NCBI GenBank assembly: GCA_030141605.1
Contig: JAQGDQ010000069.1
Location: forward strand, 1,972 to 65,971
Length of the DNA stretch: 64,000 bases
Source: Tubiluchus corallicola
Taxonomy: Eukaryota; Animalia; Priapulida
Direction: 5' to 3'
Shown here: one piece after another, positions 12,801 to 26,000 of the stretch
Numbering within the stretch: the stretch's first letter is position 1
Layout of the letters: every line of letters begins with the position of its first letter
Program-made: the position numbers and the translations under genes
Notes under the pieces: model-generated
Databases searched by the model: none
What the model was told of the DNA's origin: nothing
What the model saw: only the letters and a program-made list of their open reading frames with translations

Positions 12801-14488
12801 AGAAAATGGGTCTACCTCCCAGTCTTCTACATTTTCAGCTGGTACTACATCTAGATGTCCTGCCAGCATGTATGGCTGTAACGACGGGTCGCTCCCGCTG
12901 ACTTTGTACAGCAAGCTGTATTCATTAACAGTCTCATATTGCACTAACGGTGAAGAATGTACCAGTTTATAACCTGGGAAATTGAAGACATTTTAACTGT
13001 GAATGCCAGAAAGCGGCATTTAGTGTGATTTCTTATTCATGTAGTTGGCTAATTTCAAAAGCTTTTACTACTGTTGGATATCATTGACCACCATTGGTCT
13101 GGGTGATTACATACCGGGTGATCACAATTCTGGCCTGGAATATCGAGGCTTCTATAAAATAATTACAACAGGTAGTATCTTTAATTTTAATAATGTCACA
13201 ACAACTGCTGGTGCTGGACTGCATCTGATTAATTAGCCAGCATCATTAAAAAACTATAGGAAGTATTATCACGTATCAGGCATGGCAGATATGTCGATTG
13301 TGGTAATAAAACTGATGACGATAATATCAATGTTGATAGATCACAGACTTAATCACTGCATTTTTATTAAATTTTAAATTTTTACAAGACAGGGACACTT
13401 GGAATCCCAACAGCATAATCATTAGACCCCACAGACCAAATCTTAAATTTAACTGCTGTCTTCTGCATGCATGAGAAGGATAAAAATGCAACTTGCACTA
13501 ATGATAGAAAAGTTAAAGATGGCTCGAGGGGCACAAGTTACTTACATTACGAAAGATGGATGGCAAATGTGCAAAATACTAGTAACATAAGATGCAAAGC
13601 AACTTGCTCCAAAAAATGTTTGTATATAAAAATTCAGGCCTTTATAAATTATTTTACCTGCAAGCGAAGCATAATGTATTAGGTACCAACAGACAATCGA
13701 TCTGAAACATGCTCAGGTGGGTTTGACAGAGAATAGCATGGTAGAGGGACCTGTTGTGTCATATGGGTGTAACATCACACATGGCACAAAAAATGTACAT
13801 AGGGACGCAGCTAAATTATTACTAGTATTAAAATGCTACATACTAACACAATCCTAAATAAGTTCAATTTGTAAATTTTCGGTTTTTTAAATTATTATGT
13901 TCTACAGTACTAAGTTTCCCATCATTTAATTGCCAATTACACACGTCAACCGAATACAAATTTAATTTGAGAACGGTGCCAAAATTAATTTTATTTAATC
14001 CTAGCTATTTAAGAGTGGCTGACTAGATAAACTACGGGTTCTTCGCTGCCATTCTCTTTTGCCTCAAAATATTGCATGTATTCCTGTAACAGTAATACTG
14101 TATTTTGATAATTCTTGCGGAGTTAATAAATAAATTGAATTGTATTGATATTAGTTAAGTGACAAAAACTGCACTGTTACACTGTTGATGTGCGCATCAG
14201 TGCTGTCTTACTTTTAAATATATGCTGATGCAGTTCTTTAAGTTCTTTCAAATTAAATTTTCCAGGTGCCCAGCTAACACTTCTATGCTGAAGAGCAAAA
14301 GAGAGTCGTTTTAACACATTTGCATCTGCTTTAATAAAATCAACATCACTTGGATCACAGACATGAGCAGAAAACGGTGGCGGCGCTAGCAAAACTGTTC
14401 TAACAATACAAAAACACAACAAAGATAGTAAAACAACAAGAAAACCCAAAATTAGGCGTTTCAATATTCCTATTATGGAAGCTGCCAT
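3890..14488 (-). CDS. PM20D1: PM20D1-like N-fatty-acyl-amino acid synthase/hydrolase (peptidase M20), 10 exons, 512 aa
   Basis: Exons 14488-14212, 12973-12738, 12618-12532, 11938-11802, 10946-10827, 8059-7984, 7608-7547, 7248-7098, 5035-4870, 4116-3890. All GT-AG, phases consistent (1539 nt). Motifs [46 protein letters not shown]; N-terminal hydrophobic signal/anchor. Confidence 0.93.
6197..7090. repeat. Complex nested inverted-repeat (foldback) array in PM20D1 intron 8
   Basis: 6197-6413 is the near-perfect reverse complement of 6608-6824, and 6339-6506 of 6923-7090. A ~75-bp module occurs four times, twice in each orientation. Confidence 0.9.
8939..9290. repeat. Diverged 163-bp tandem repeat (~2.2 units) in PM20D1 intron 5
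   Basis: agct(a/g)aaacttg recurs at 8939, 9102 and 9265; units share ggacacaga, gtttcaaggaatgcc and ttcttcagagaggtca. Confidence 0.8.
9940..10008. mobile_element. Minimal 69-bp hAT-type MITE
   Basis: Imperfect TIRs ctgtagcggat / atccgccgctg flanked by a perfect 8-bp direct repeat tacttaat (9932-9939, 10009-10016). Confidence 0.6.
13045..13171 (+). pseudogene. Orphan exon of a two-pore-domain K+ channel (TWIK/KCNK1-like, second pore loop), antisense in PM20D1 intron 1
   Basis: Translates [37 protein letters not shown] (GLG filter). Bounded by ttcttattcatgtag and g|gtagta. No other K2P exons found in the window. Confidence 0.7.
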
Positions 14489-15524
14489 GTTGAAAATCCA
14501 GCCAGGGTCCGTCACCAGGCTTATTCAATCGAAATTATAAATCAAATCAAAGATTTTTTTATTTCGCGTTTCCAAAACACTCGCAACGCCATTTGCATCC
14601 TGTCAGATATCGAAAATAAAAGCTACAGATAAAGGTTTAAGATACCTATTATTTATTGTTCCTAACTCAATACACATTAATTACGAAGATTTTATAAGTA
14701 ATAAAAAACAATATTTTAATGGCAATCTGGCAAATTGTTTTGTTATTACATTTACCATGATAGATTCATTCCAGAACAAAGTGGTCTTCTTGCATGTGTT
14801 CTTTTTTCTAGTGTTTTCCTTTTCTTCTCTTGTTGTTTGTTACAATCATTTCAGATTAAAACCAATAATAAGAAATGCAAAAATCAAATAATTCAGTTAT
14901 TAACATTCTTTTGACACATTTGACCTTGTAACCCAGCATTTTTGTGTATTACATTTTCAAAAACAATAATGATATGAAATGAGTATAATCTTCAGTACTA
15001 TTACTAATCCTGAAAATGTAAAAAATGGAAATACTGAGCTGCATAGCATATTTTCTACTCTAGAAGAAAAACATCTTAACCAAAAATTTTACAGTAACTG
15101 ATTTTTGCAACCTTACTTTATTAACAGTAAGAATATTAAAAAATAACACATGGCACATATTCATAATATTGCAAGCCTTCATATCTTGATAGTTAATAAA
15201 CTGGTTCAGGTTACTACTAAAATGCACTTAATGAATTTGCCACAGCACATCCCTTTCACAAGACAGTGATGCTGTTGATCTACATGATCTGTAAAACTCA
15301 AACTAAAAACCATGACAACCCATAAAGTGTTTAGTGTGTTACGTATATGACTTCTTGACATTATTTGATAATCTGAACTTATTGCAGCTAATGGTCATTA
15401 ATAAAAAATAATACAATCCTTTGTAATAGATCAGTGCAGGCAGCAGCAAGGTCACTATGTTGTAATCCACCATCCAACAAGCATTTAACAACTAATGCAC
15501 CAACTACTGTCTCGGTTTCTCCTG

Positions 15525-18500
15525 TCACCGCTCCCCCTTTTCTTTGTCCCCCATTTTTCTTTCCTTTGTTTGACCCCGTCGCTTCATTGCAGCAGAGCAT
15601 GACGGGCAGTACCATTTTCCCTTGGGAGGTTGAGTGATTCCGACACAGTCGTAGTGAAACCATTCAAATGGGCACTACAAATACAAACGCATCAGCGACT
15701 ATAATAAGCAGAAATGTTTTACAAGAATGACAGGTGCTGAATTGGAAGGGTTCCAAACACAAATGTCATCAGCTTTCATTATTTTGCTTTCATTACCAAA
15801 GACAGATTCTCAAGACGATCTGTGAATATGAACTCACTTGAAAATGCTAGTAGTAAACACAACCTCATCATTTGTCCTTATCTTACTAATAACAGAGCAA
15901 ATGAGAGTAAAAATGATAAAAAAAATTTGTCTTAAATCGTCATTATTTGGTGTCAAGATATTGTTTGGTGGAGCGCATTCATTTCTAACTGTATTCTAGT
16001 TTGATTTTGTTTGATTTTTTTTAATTTAGTAAAATATTTGGAATGTTTATTCCATAATCACGTATGTTTATTCCATTATCACCAAATAAATTATCACCAC
16101 ACAAACTGATTACATCATGATTAATTGATTGATCAGAAAACAATAGCCGATACTTACAGATTCATTATCGCACGCCACCATGTCCCCGTATGAAACCTGA
16201 TTGCAGACACAGTAACGAGGTTCATTAGGGTCGTACTGCCAGTCATTCTGTTCTGCAGCAGCACCATCTAGGCCGAGTGGCAACTCTTCTTCCAAACTCG
16301 CCACTGCTTCCTGCTGAGCTTGTAAGAGACTAGAGACGGATGATCCCGCACCAGAGGCCTTGCTCCTAGATGTAAAATAAACCGAAGCTGTACAGTGACA
16401 AGTGAACATCCTTAAACGTACATGTATTAAACTGACACAAAGGAAATGCATAAAACCAGAAATTAGCTATATCCCTCACAAAGATAAGTAATAATTCATA
16501 ATTCACCAATGACTTTATGAAGAATTTCTGAAGGAAAATTGCTAAGACATCAGCATAGGTAGAACACAGGCAAGTTTATTTATAAAAATCAGTAACAGCA
16601 CATGCTTATTCAATGATCTCTGACAGCCAACTGACCGGGTAAGTTTTCTATGAAGCAAGGAAGCCAGCAATTCTATGAAAGGTAAATGTTATGCATACTA
16701 CATAGTTCAAGGATGAAGGTTTAGACTGTATATGAAGAAATAGGCTTATTTTACAGACTTATGTTTTAACCAGAGAATGCAATAACATGACATAATGAAT
16801 AAAAAATAATGTCATATGACATAATAATAAAAAAATAATGACATATGACATCGTGAGCTTCACGACAGACTTCCATAATGAAGCCACACACCATTTAACT
16901 ATGAAACAATAAAATATTTGACAATTACATTTTCTTCAATTGATGTTATTACTCATGTAAACATGAGCAACTATATATTATTAGAAAAATGTGTGCATTC
17001 CTTATTTTACTTCTAGAAGAACTTCAATGAAAAAATCAGGTATATAATATTGGAACCATGTCAATAAGCCAATAAGTGCTAGCTTCCTACTATGCCACAA
17101 TTTTAATATGTAATACATTGCAACATTTGCTATATTACAACATGTACTTAATCCAGCCAAATTTTCCTGTATAATACTGCTTAAAGCTAGTAACAAATGC
17201 ATTTCACACATTTTCCAATATGACCAAGTCATTAAAACAAAACTACCTAAAGGAAAGCATAGTTTCTAGAAGATTCTATGTCACTAATTTGTTAAAAGCA
17301 GTTCTGATGAATGAACAATGAATAATGTTAAGTGCAGTTTTACACCTGCAAACTGAATTTCAAATGGCACAAAAATTATTTAATGACAGCACGTAATATT
17401 TGCAGAGTGAAATACAGAAACATGTCTACTCCACTCACAACTCTTTGCTGACAGACCAAACAGTACAAATGAACTCACTTTTTTGATCGCTTGGTAGGCT
17501 CGCCAATGCCCGATCCGCCGGCTGCAAACGTCTCCTTCCCCACCGACAAAGTCTTCGTCAGATCTGAACCTTTCATGGCTTCGTAGCTCGCTTTAAGACT
17601 TGCAGTGCGTCGGCCAGCTTGTAACTGAAACAATATGTAACTGCCAATTATTTGAAGTCTGCATGCTTGGAAGACAGGATGTTCCAAAAGAAACAGTACA
17701 ATAGAAATAAGCTGAAGTACATTGATATGCTGAAAATGCTGATCAAATTACAAAGTATAGTCAAGCATTAGAGTAATTTAATGGTATATAGAAAGTATAA
17801 TGACAAGAATTGCTGGAAGTGTGCATCATTAGCATGTAAGTCCACAGTTGTTGGACCTTGTATGGTGTGACGTTCTTATGCTGATAGCATTTATTGATGC
17901 ACTTTTCTTTTGCAGCACCCTGTACATCAGCTCAAATAAATTTCTCACAACCTTCAAACTGTGGCGAGCCCTTCCTTCAATGTCAACGACACTGACAATT
18001 TTACATATTTCTTTTTTCATTAGCAAGGCTTGTTTGGTACATTTTTGTACAAATAGCATTTTTCCTTTTCCCCGAAAACTTATTCAACATAGATTCAACA
18101 AGTGTAGACAATATTTGAAAAAGTCACTGACCTTGCTCAATGGTTTCTTTCCAACTTGCTGACTTAGTGTCTAAAAATACAAAGTTGCCAATACAACATC
18201 ACTAACAGATTTCTTTTTAAAATAATTCGAGAAAAACAAGTACATAAATACAAAGAAAGAAGTACTGTGATAATAACTGCATGTATGTAATTAAGTTATT
18301 TACAGCATGTATGTATTTAAGTTATTTACAGCATGTATGTATTTAAGTTATTTACAGCATCTATGTATTTAAGTTATTTACAGCATGTATGTGTTTAAGT
18401 TATTTACAGCATGTATGTATTTAAGTTATTTACAGCATGTATGTGTTTAAGTTATTTACAGCATGTATGTATTTAAGTTATTAACAGCATGTATGTATTT

Positions 18501-21500
18501 AAGTTATTTACAGCATGTATGTATTTAAGTTATTTACTGCATGTATGTATTTAAGTTATTTACAGCATGTATGTATTTAAGTTATTTACAGCATGTATAT
18601 TTAAGTTATTTACAGCATGTATGTATTTAAGTTATTTACAGCATGTATGTATTTAAGTTATTTACAGCATGTATGTATTTAAGTTATTTACAGCATGTAT
18701 GTATTTAAGTTATTTACAGCATGTATGTATTTAAGTTATTTACAGCATGTATGTATTTAAGTTATTTACAGCATGTATGTATTTAAGTTATTTACAGCAT
18801 GTATGTATTTAAGTTATTTACAGCATGTATGTATTTAAGTTATTTACAGCATGTATGTATTTAAGTTATTTACAGCATGTATGTATTTAAGTTATTTACA
18901 GCATGTATGTATTTAAGTTATTTACAGCATGTATGTGTTTAAGTTATTTACAGACTGAGTAACGTTATTTTGTGTCTAGGCCACTGTCTTTCGTCAAGCA
19001 AAAATTAATCATTCATAAAGTTTCTACCAATACATGATTAGGGATTATTCGCAGACTTGTTAACTATAATAGTGAATTTTTTATGAGAGTGTAAAACATG
19101 CATAGAATTGGTGCACTTAACTATATAGCACATTGCATTTTTTTATTGTCATTGTTCTCGATGTGTTATCTTGGTAACATCTTTTTGAACTATTTTTTTT
19201 CTGGTTAACCAATATTATAGTAAAATTTTCTCAAATTATGTAGAATAATAGTCAATAAACTCACAAACTAACTAGGCAAAACCTAAAAATGATAAGGTAC
19301 TTCGCATCATTTAAAATTTTATCTTACTATCACATCAATTCATTTTCATTATGCATACATTTCTAAACACGCAACTGAAGAATGGCACATCCTTATTTTT
19401 AGTGACACACTGAAAACTTTCTGATATACTGGAATATATTTCGCATGGATGGGGGTACTGGGTACAGAAAATGTTCATATTTAAATAAAAATGCATCTTA
19501 TAAAATCAGTTTGGTATCAACTGTTTCAAATTACTCCGATGAAAAAAAGAAAATCAGTGATTTGTTATAACAAATAAACAGTCAACTGTTAAGAGAAGAC
19601 GTTTCAAGTTTTTAGTACTAACTTGATTAATGTCCATGCAGTTAATTTAGCTTGAATTTAATTAGATACAAATATTGACCTATTACAGAGATATCAGTGT
19701 TCAAGTTAACAGGAAATAGAAATTGGAATGTACTGCAAACAAAGAGTTAAGTTCAGTGTTTAGTTTAAACATCAAGAAATTAGACAAAATTGAATCCCAC
19801 ATAAAATTAAACCACTTATAGTATAATTTATTATTCACCTATCATTGACATAACAATCTTGTCATGCTGTACTTAATGGAAGTTAGCAAGTAACAATCTT
19901 GTCATGCTGTACTTAATGGAAGTTAGCAAAGTTAGTTTATAAAGGCCAGTCTAACAACAACTCAGACTGTGTCAGGATCCTTCCTTCAAATGTAACTGAT
20001 TTACCTACATTTCCTTTTCATTGCTAAGGCTTATTTTGTATAAATGCTTTTTCGTCCTTTTCCCTGAAGACTTATTGGTGGTCATTATACTCGATCAGTT
20101 TTGCTAAGCAAATTTAATCAGCTTTTGAACAACCAGAGAAGATAAACAACTCATTTATAGGCACACATACAATTTCTATTTCACATTCCCTAAATAGAGA
20201 TAAGTGTTGTACCAATTAAGCAATTCACACATACATGAAAGGTTACCGTAATATAAAATTTTGATGCAATTCACTGTATTTTAATTGAAAAAAGTTGCCA
20301 CTACATTTACGTAAATACATTTTCAAATTAGTTTGTTGAGACATGCATTTTTGTGAAACAATTTTACAGCACAACGAAATTGTCTTGCGTACAATAATGG
20401 CTCAATATAAAAACACTATGAAAAATGCAGAAGCTAAAACAATACCTGTTGCGTAGCTGCAATGGCTTGTGACGCAGCAACAGCTATAGCATTGCTACCA
20501 GATCCAATCTGTCCTAACGTATAGCTCTGTGGAGCAGGAGAGCCACCTATAACGGCAAAACAAAAGAGCATCTTTCACAAAAAAGTAATCACTGACTAAG
20601 GCTTTTATCAAAACATGACTAAACATATAAAAATAAACTGCAAAAATTCTGATGTTGAACAAATATGAGAAAAAATACACAAATTCTTAATGACTTTTAC
20701 TAACCAGGAATATTGTAATGATGATGTGAACTGAAAAATGCAAAATTTCTAGTCCATAACCACAATTTTGATTTGATAAAAATGCTAAACTGTTCACATA
20801 TCAAGCAGCAAAAAAATTTTGTTAATTTTTTTATTGTAATCACACATTTTGAACATTGTGCCCTTCTTTAACATCCTTCTCTAGAAGAAACGGATACTGT
20901 ACGTTGTTTAATCACATTAGGGCCTAAGCAACATAGGAGGATAGCAATACTGCTAGACATGTGAGACGAATACAAATGACTCAGAATTTCTAATTCCACC
21001 TGATGATAATCTGTGAATAACTCGGGAATTAAAACTGCTTGAAACTGCGCGAATTAACACTTTGAACAAAACTACTTGAAAATGTGACAATTAACACTCT
21101 GAACAAAACTACTTGAAACTGTACCAATTAACACTCTGAACAAAATTGCTTGGAACTGTACCAATTAACATTCTGAACAAAACTGCTTGGAAATGTGCCA
21201 GTTAACACTTTGAACAAAGTTGCTTGGAACTGTACCAATTAACATTCTGAACAAAACTGCTTGGAACTGTGACAATTAACACTCTGAACAAAGCTGCTTG
21301 GAACTGTGACAATTAACACTTTGAACAAAGCTGCTTGGAACTGTACCAATTAACATTCTGAACAAAACTGCTTGGAACTGTGCCAGTTAACACTTTGAAC
21401 AAAACTGCTTGGAACTGTACCAATTAACACTCTGAACAAAACTGCTTGGAACTGTGCCAGTCAACACTTTGAACAACACTGCTTGGAACTGTGCCAATTA

Positions 21501-24500
21501 ACATTTTGAAAAAAACTGCTTGGAACTGTGCCAATTAACATTTTGAACAGAACTGCTTGGACCTGTGCCAATTAACATTTTGAACAAAGCTGCTTGGAAC
21601 TGTACGAATTAACACTCTGAACAAAACTGCTTGGAACTGTGCCAGTTAACATTTTGAACAACACTGCTTGGAACTGTGCCAATTAACATTTTGAACAAAA
21701 CTGCTTGGAACTGTGCCAATTAACACTTTGAACAGAACTGCTTCGAACTGTGCCGACTAACACTTTGAACAAGACTGCCACTTATTACCATTTATTATGA
21801 TCTAATGTGGTGTCCTGATGAACTAAAGTAATTTCAAACAAAATAAATAGGAAACTGTTTCTCACTTCGTGACTGTGAACCAACTAAATTAGTGTTAGTT
21901 CTGTATCCAGCTGCAGCCTCATTTGCTATAGCAGATAAAGATCGCTCTGATAACGCTGTACGTTTTGGTTCCAAATGATTACCCATTACGTATTTTCTCT
22001 CTACAAAAAAAACAACACGCAACAGTTTACTGCCAATTACCAAACATAATTTACCTCTATTTACCAAACACAACTAAATAACCTGTTTTGTACTCATCAA
22101 AACATACATCGAAACTTACAAAGTGCGTACACTGCAGATATAAATAAACAATAAAGTACGGGAGCATATAACATTACAAAAAAAATGCATTACACTCTGT
22201 AGGCACACTGATTTGCAAATTCAACTGCTAAAGTGCTGAATATAAATATGACTAATTTCTACGGTGCCATTTTTTGGTCTCCTTAATACATCTCTGCACT
22301 AAGTGAAATATGTGTACATTTAGATCATGGCTTAGTTGCAAATTACCATATAGAAAAGTTGATATTTTACTCTGTGAATTGAAATTATTGAAATTAAAAG
22401 CTATAGTATTTAGAAGTAAATAAATCATAATCATTGAGTTTTCGATGAAGTTGGTTTCTACTCACGTACAACAGACTGTACGTGAATCACCAAATCTTCA
22501 TAGCTAGAACCGAGCTTTTATGTGAGGTAAAGCTTTCAATGCTGTAAGACTCTCTCTGTAAGAAGCAATGAACTGTTTGCTTCGAAACATTTTGGCAACT
22601 ATTTTTCATATTTGGACAATAATGCGCATGAAAACCCTTACAACAAACGCATTTGCTCTCGGAAAGCAGGCTACGATGGTTGCATTCGCAGCAAGCTGCA
22701 AAATAAGACCATTAGATGCCTGATGCATTAAAAGTCTAAGTTATTACATGTTTTGCTAGCATTTCTTGAAGCAGTGCTTCATTTTAGAAAGTGCTTCACC
22801 TTTCTTTCATTTTTATTATAAGTAAACAATATCAGTTTTTGTATAATTATGTACTGATATATTCGTATATGGAACAAATCCTGGTTCCTAGCAATAGTTG
22901 AAAATACTCACTTTCAGCTCTGTTGTTATTAATAGCCTGCAGTGGCTTGTCCAGTTCCAATGATCCTGAAAAATTATAACACACAAACTTGTTAGTTAGT
23001 TTGTTTGTTTATTTATTGACATTAAGTCACAGAAAAAATACACTATAAAATTAACAATCTTACAATAAATATCCATCTTGTAAGCTACACAATTAAAGTG
23101 TGTACCAAATTAATTTTTTCATTAAACGTAAATCTACTTTTTCATTTAAATAAATTTAAAACTTTGTACGGAAGCAAAAATTTGTTGAGTTTATTAAATC
23201 AAACATATTATTAATGGATTGGTGTCTAAAATGTTCAGTAAGCTGACAATCTAACAATACATGTTTTTGATCTTGTATATCTCTGCCATATGTACAAAGT
23301 CTTTGATTATCTGGAATTCTATTCCATCAACCAGTTTCCACTTTTAGACGATGGGATGACAATCTCATACGTGAATCTGTTATTCTATAACATTCTAACG
23401 AACAAAGTTTGTAGTATAAAAAGCATCGACAGACAATCGTGGATTCATCTTCCTGAGATAATATTGTTTACACTCTTGGTCTGTATCATATGTATCATAT
23501 GTAGAGTTACAAGAAAACTTATGCACACTTAAAAAAGTATTATAAAAATGACTAAAGGAATTAAATTTCTTTATGAAACATGAGTCAATGGCACAACACA
23601 AGTATACAAGTTTACTCATTTTAACCTATACAGATTGCACACACTGCACGTTATAGAGCAAACATCAACAATGAAAATAATACCATTTTCTCTGTGAAGT
23701 TATTTTCATCAAAAAGTGAAGTAAAGTATAAAATCATAATGCGAAATTTAGTTTACATTCTTATGAACATATTGGGAAGAACAAGGGCGTATCAAGACTT
23801 TACGACACCCTAGGCTGATAGTTCTGCCCCCCTCCCCACATCTCTATTGTGAATTTAAGGTTACTCAAGTAATGAACAGGTTAAGCAATTCCTTGTGATG
23901 TATTAGAAACACTATTAACCTAGTTTCTACATGGTCATTATAATTACATGTATTTGCACAGCGCTTATACTCAAGCAGGCTGCACAACTGCTTGTTGTGT
24001 AAGACCTTGCACCTGTTCGTTATGTGGCACTTATATTAAAAGCTGTTCTCAGTAACTACCAGTGGTGTGTGACAAAAATGTGCTCTTTACATGAATATGA
24101 AAGTATATATATTTTCCAAGGAGAATAAGAAAATTTTTTCTAAAATGTGAGACCCTCAAACTTAGGCGCCCTAGGCTATAGCCTAGTTAGCCTATTGGTT
24201 AATATGCCCCTGAGGAAGAACTGGTGCAGGAAAAAGATACAATGAACGCGAAAACAGAAAACAGTGTGTAAAATTTTTTTGATCCAATATATTTGAAATT
24301 GTGATTACAACTAGTTAATAGTAATTACGGTACTAAAAATAAATAAAACTTACGACGCTCCAACAGTTCAGTAATACCGGCGCTGTCAGCTTCTAATTCC
24401 ATTTTGAATTTTGACAGCTCTTGATCCAGCTTACGTAAATGTCTGTCCACCTGAAGTATCATGACGCAATATTAATGACAGGCCTCTTCCTAACAGACTA

Positions 24501-25968
24501 CGCAGTAATGTAACGAATGAAAAATTACATAGTTTTGATGGTAATCACTTCTTATTTTTATATGTACTAATCTACTCTACATCTTAGAAAAATCTTACAA
24601 GAAAAACTGTTTTTATGCACTTTCATTTTTAAATGACTGAATTAAAATGGCACTCAACAGACCAAGGTTTGATTTTCTATCGTTTCACCATTTGTGGAAT
24701 TAATGTTAGCCATAAGCTTGAATAGGCAAAGGCTAAAAAGTCCCTAAATAAATTGGAGATCATATGGCAACATTTATACGAATGGTCTGTAAAAGTTTTA
24801 ACCAAATCGCGGTGTCAAAAACACAATGAAAGCTTAGGTGGATTTATGAAAAGAACCTAAGAACAATAGCAATTACCAGATCATAAACTTGTGTAGTTAT
24901 TTGAACTTTGTCATCAGCATCTTCCAACGCCTTGTAATAGTCCTAGAAAAAACAACTTACTTTTAAAGCCAACATTATATTTTACAGTCAAACGACATGA
25001 GGCACTAATTAAGATGGATTCCCTGTAAATATTATTCCTTACTTTCAATTCTCAACTGGCATATAAATTTCAAATATCAAATAGTAATCCATATTTGAAT
25101 AATAAATTAACTAGCAATTTCTTTAGTCTAAGTAGATATAACTTAAGCAGAATTAACTGTATAACATCACAGTAGAAAAATAAGCTATAGATTCAGGTCC
25201 AATATGTTCATGTGTGCAAGTTTGCTAGGACATGAATCATTCTGTCACTTTTTGACATCTCCTTATGGGAGAATGGAAATTATTTGAAGGTCTGTAAGTT
25301 AATTAACCCAATTAATTTATAAAGCAACAGCACGGCAAATACCAAGAAGCAAGCTCTAAGATGAGGTATAAAGAGGTCCTCCAAAAGCCTTATATTTATT
25401 GGGCTTTTAAAGTACTGCAGAGTAATAACTTTCCAAACAAACTGACAAAAACAAGGTTAGTACTGAATGCATGCTTCGCCTGCTAACCGGACAAATCAGA
25501 CAAAAATTTTTGAATGGGTTCATACAAACAAATGCCGACTATCAAACGGTTTTGGAGCATTCGGGCTTACTTAAATAACTAATGAGCACTTAGATTAGTG
25601 AGTTTTCTGTCGCAAGTTTTCTCTCTGAGAGTAAGCTCAAAGTGAGAATGGCCTAGTGAGTTACCGTTGCTAACTTTTTGCAAACTTGCCGACAGTTGAT
25701 GCTCTTCAGTTTGAACATGTGAGTTAGTTGGTGAACTATCGCAAATTTATTTGGCAAGAAAACCCCCTAGTCTAAAAGAGCTGCAAGTGTCATTGTTACA
25801 TATACATAGTATTCTGTCCTACCTGCTTAATTCTGTCGAATTGTTCATCTTTTGCTTTCTGATCCAAGTTGCTGCTCTTACAAGCTACGAAAAATTTTTT
25901 CACTCGATCTTCTAAACTATCCACTGTATCTAAAATACAAAGCAAGAACCTAATTAATTATATGTGTG

Positions 25969-26000
<32 letters not shown>

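Noticed and set aside
15388-15663. Overlapping ORFs on both strands
   Set aside because: Alternative-frame and antisense shadows of the last ING3 exon.
18277-18953. 26-bp array as CRISPR or telomeric repeat
   Set aside because: No spacers and no G-rich telomere motif; ordinary VNTR.
21030-21779. 37-bp repeat array of CRISPR-repeat size
   Set aside because: Units are contiguous with no unique spacers, inside a eukaryotic intron, no cas genes: a minisatellite.
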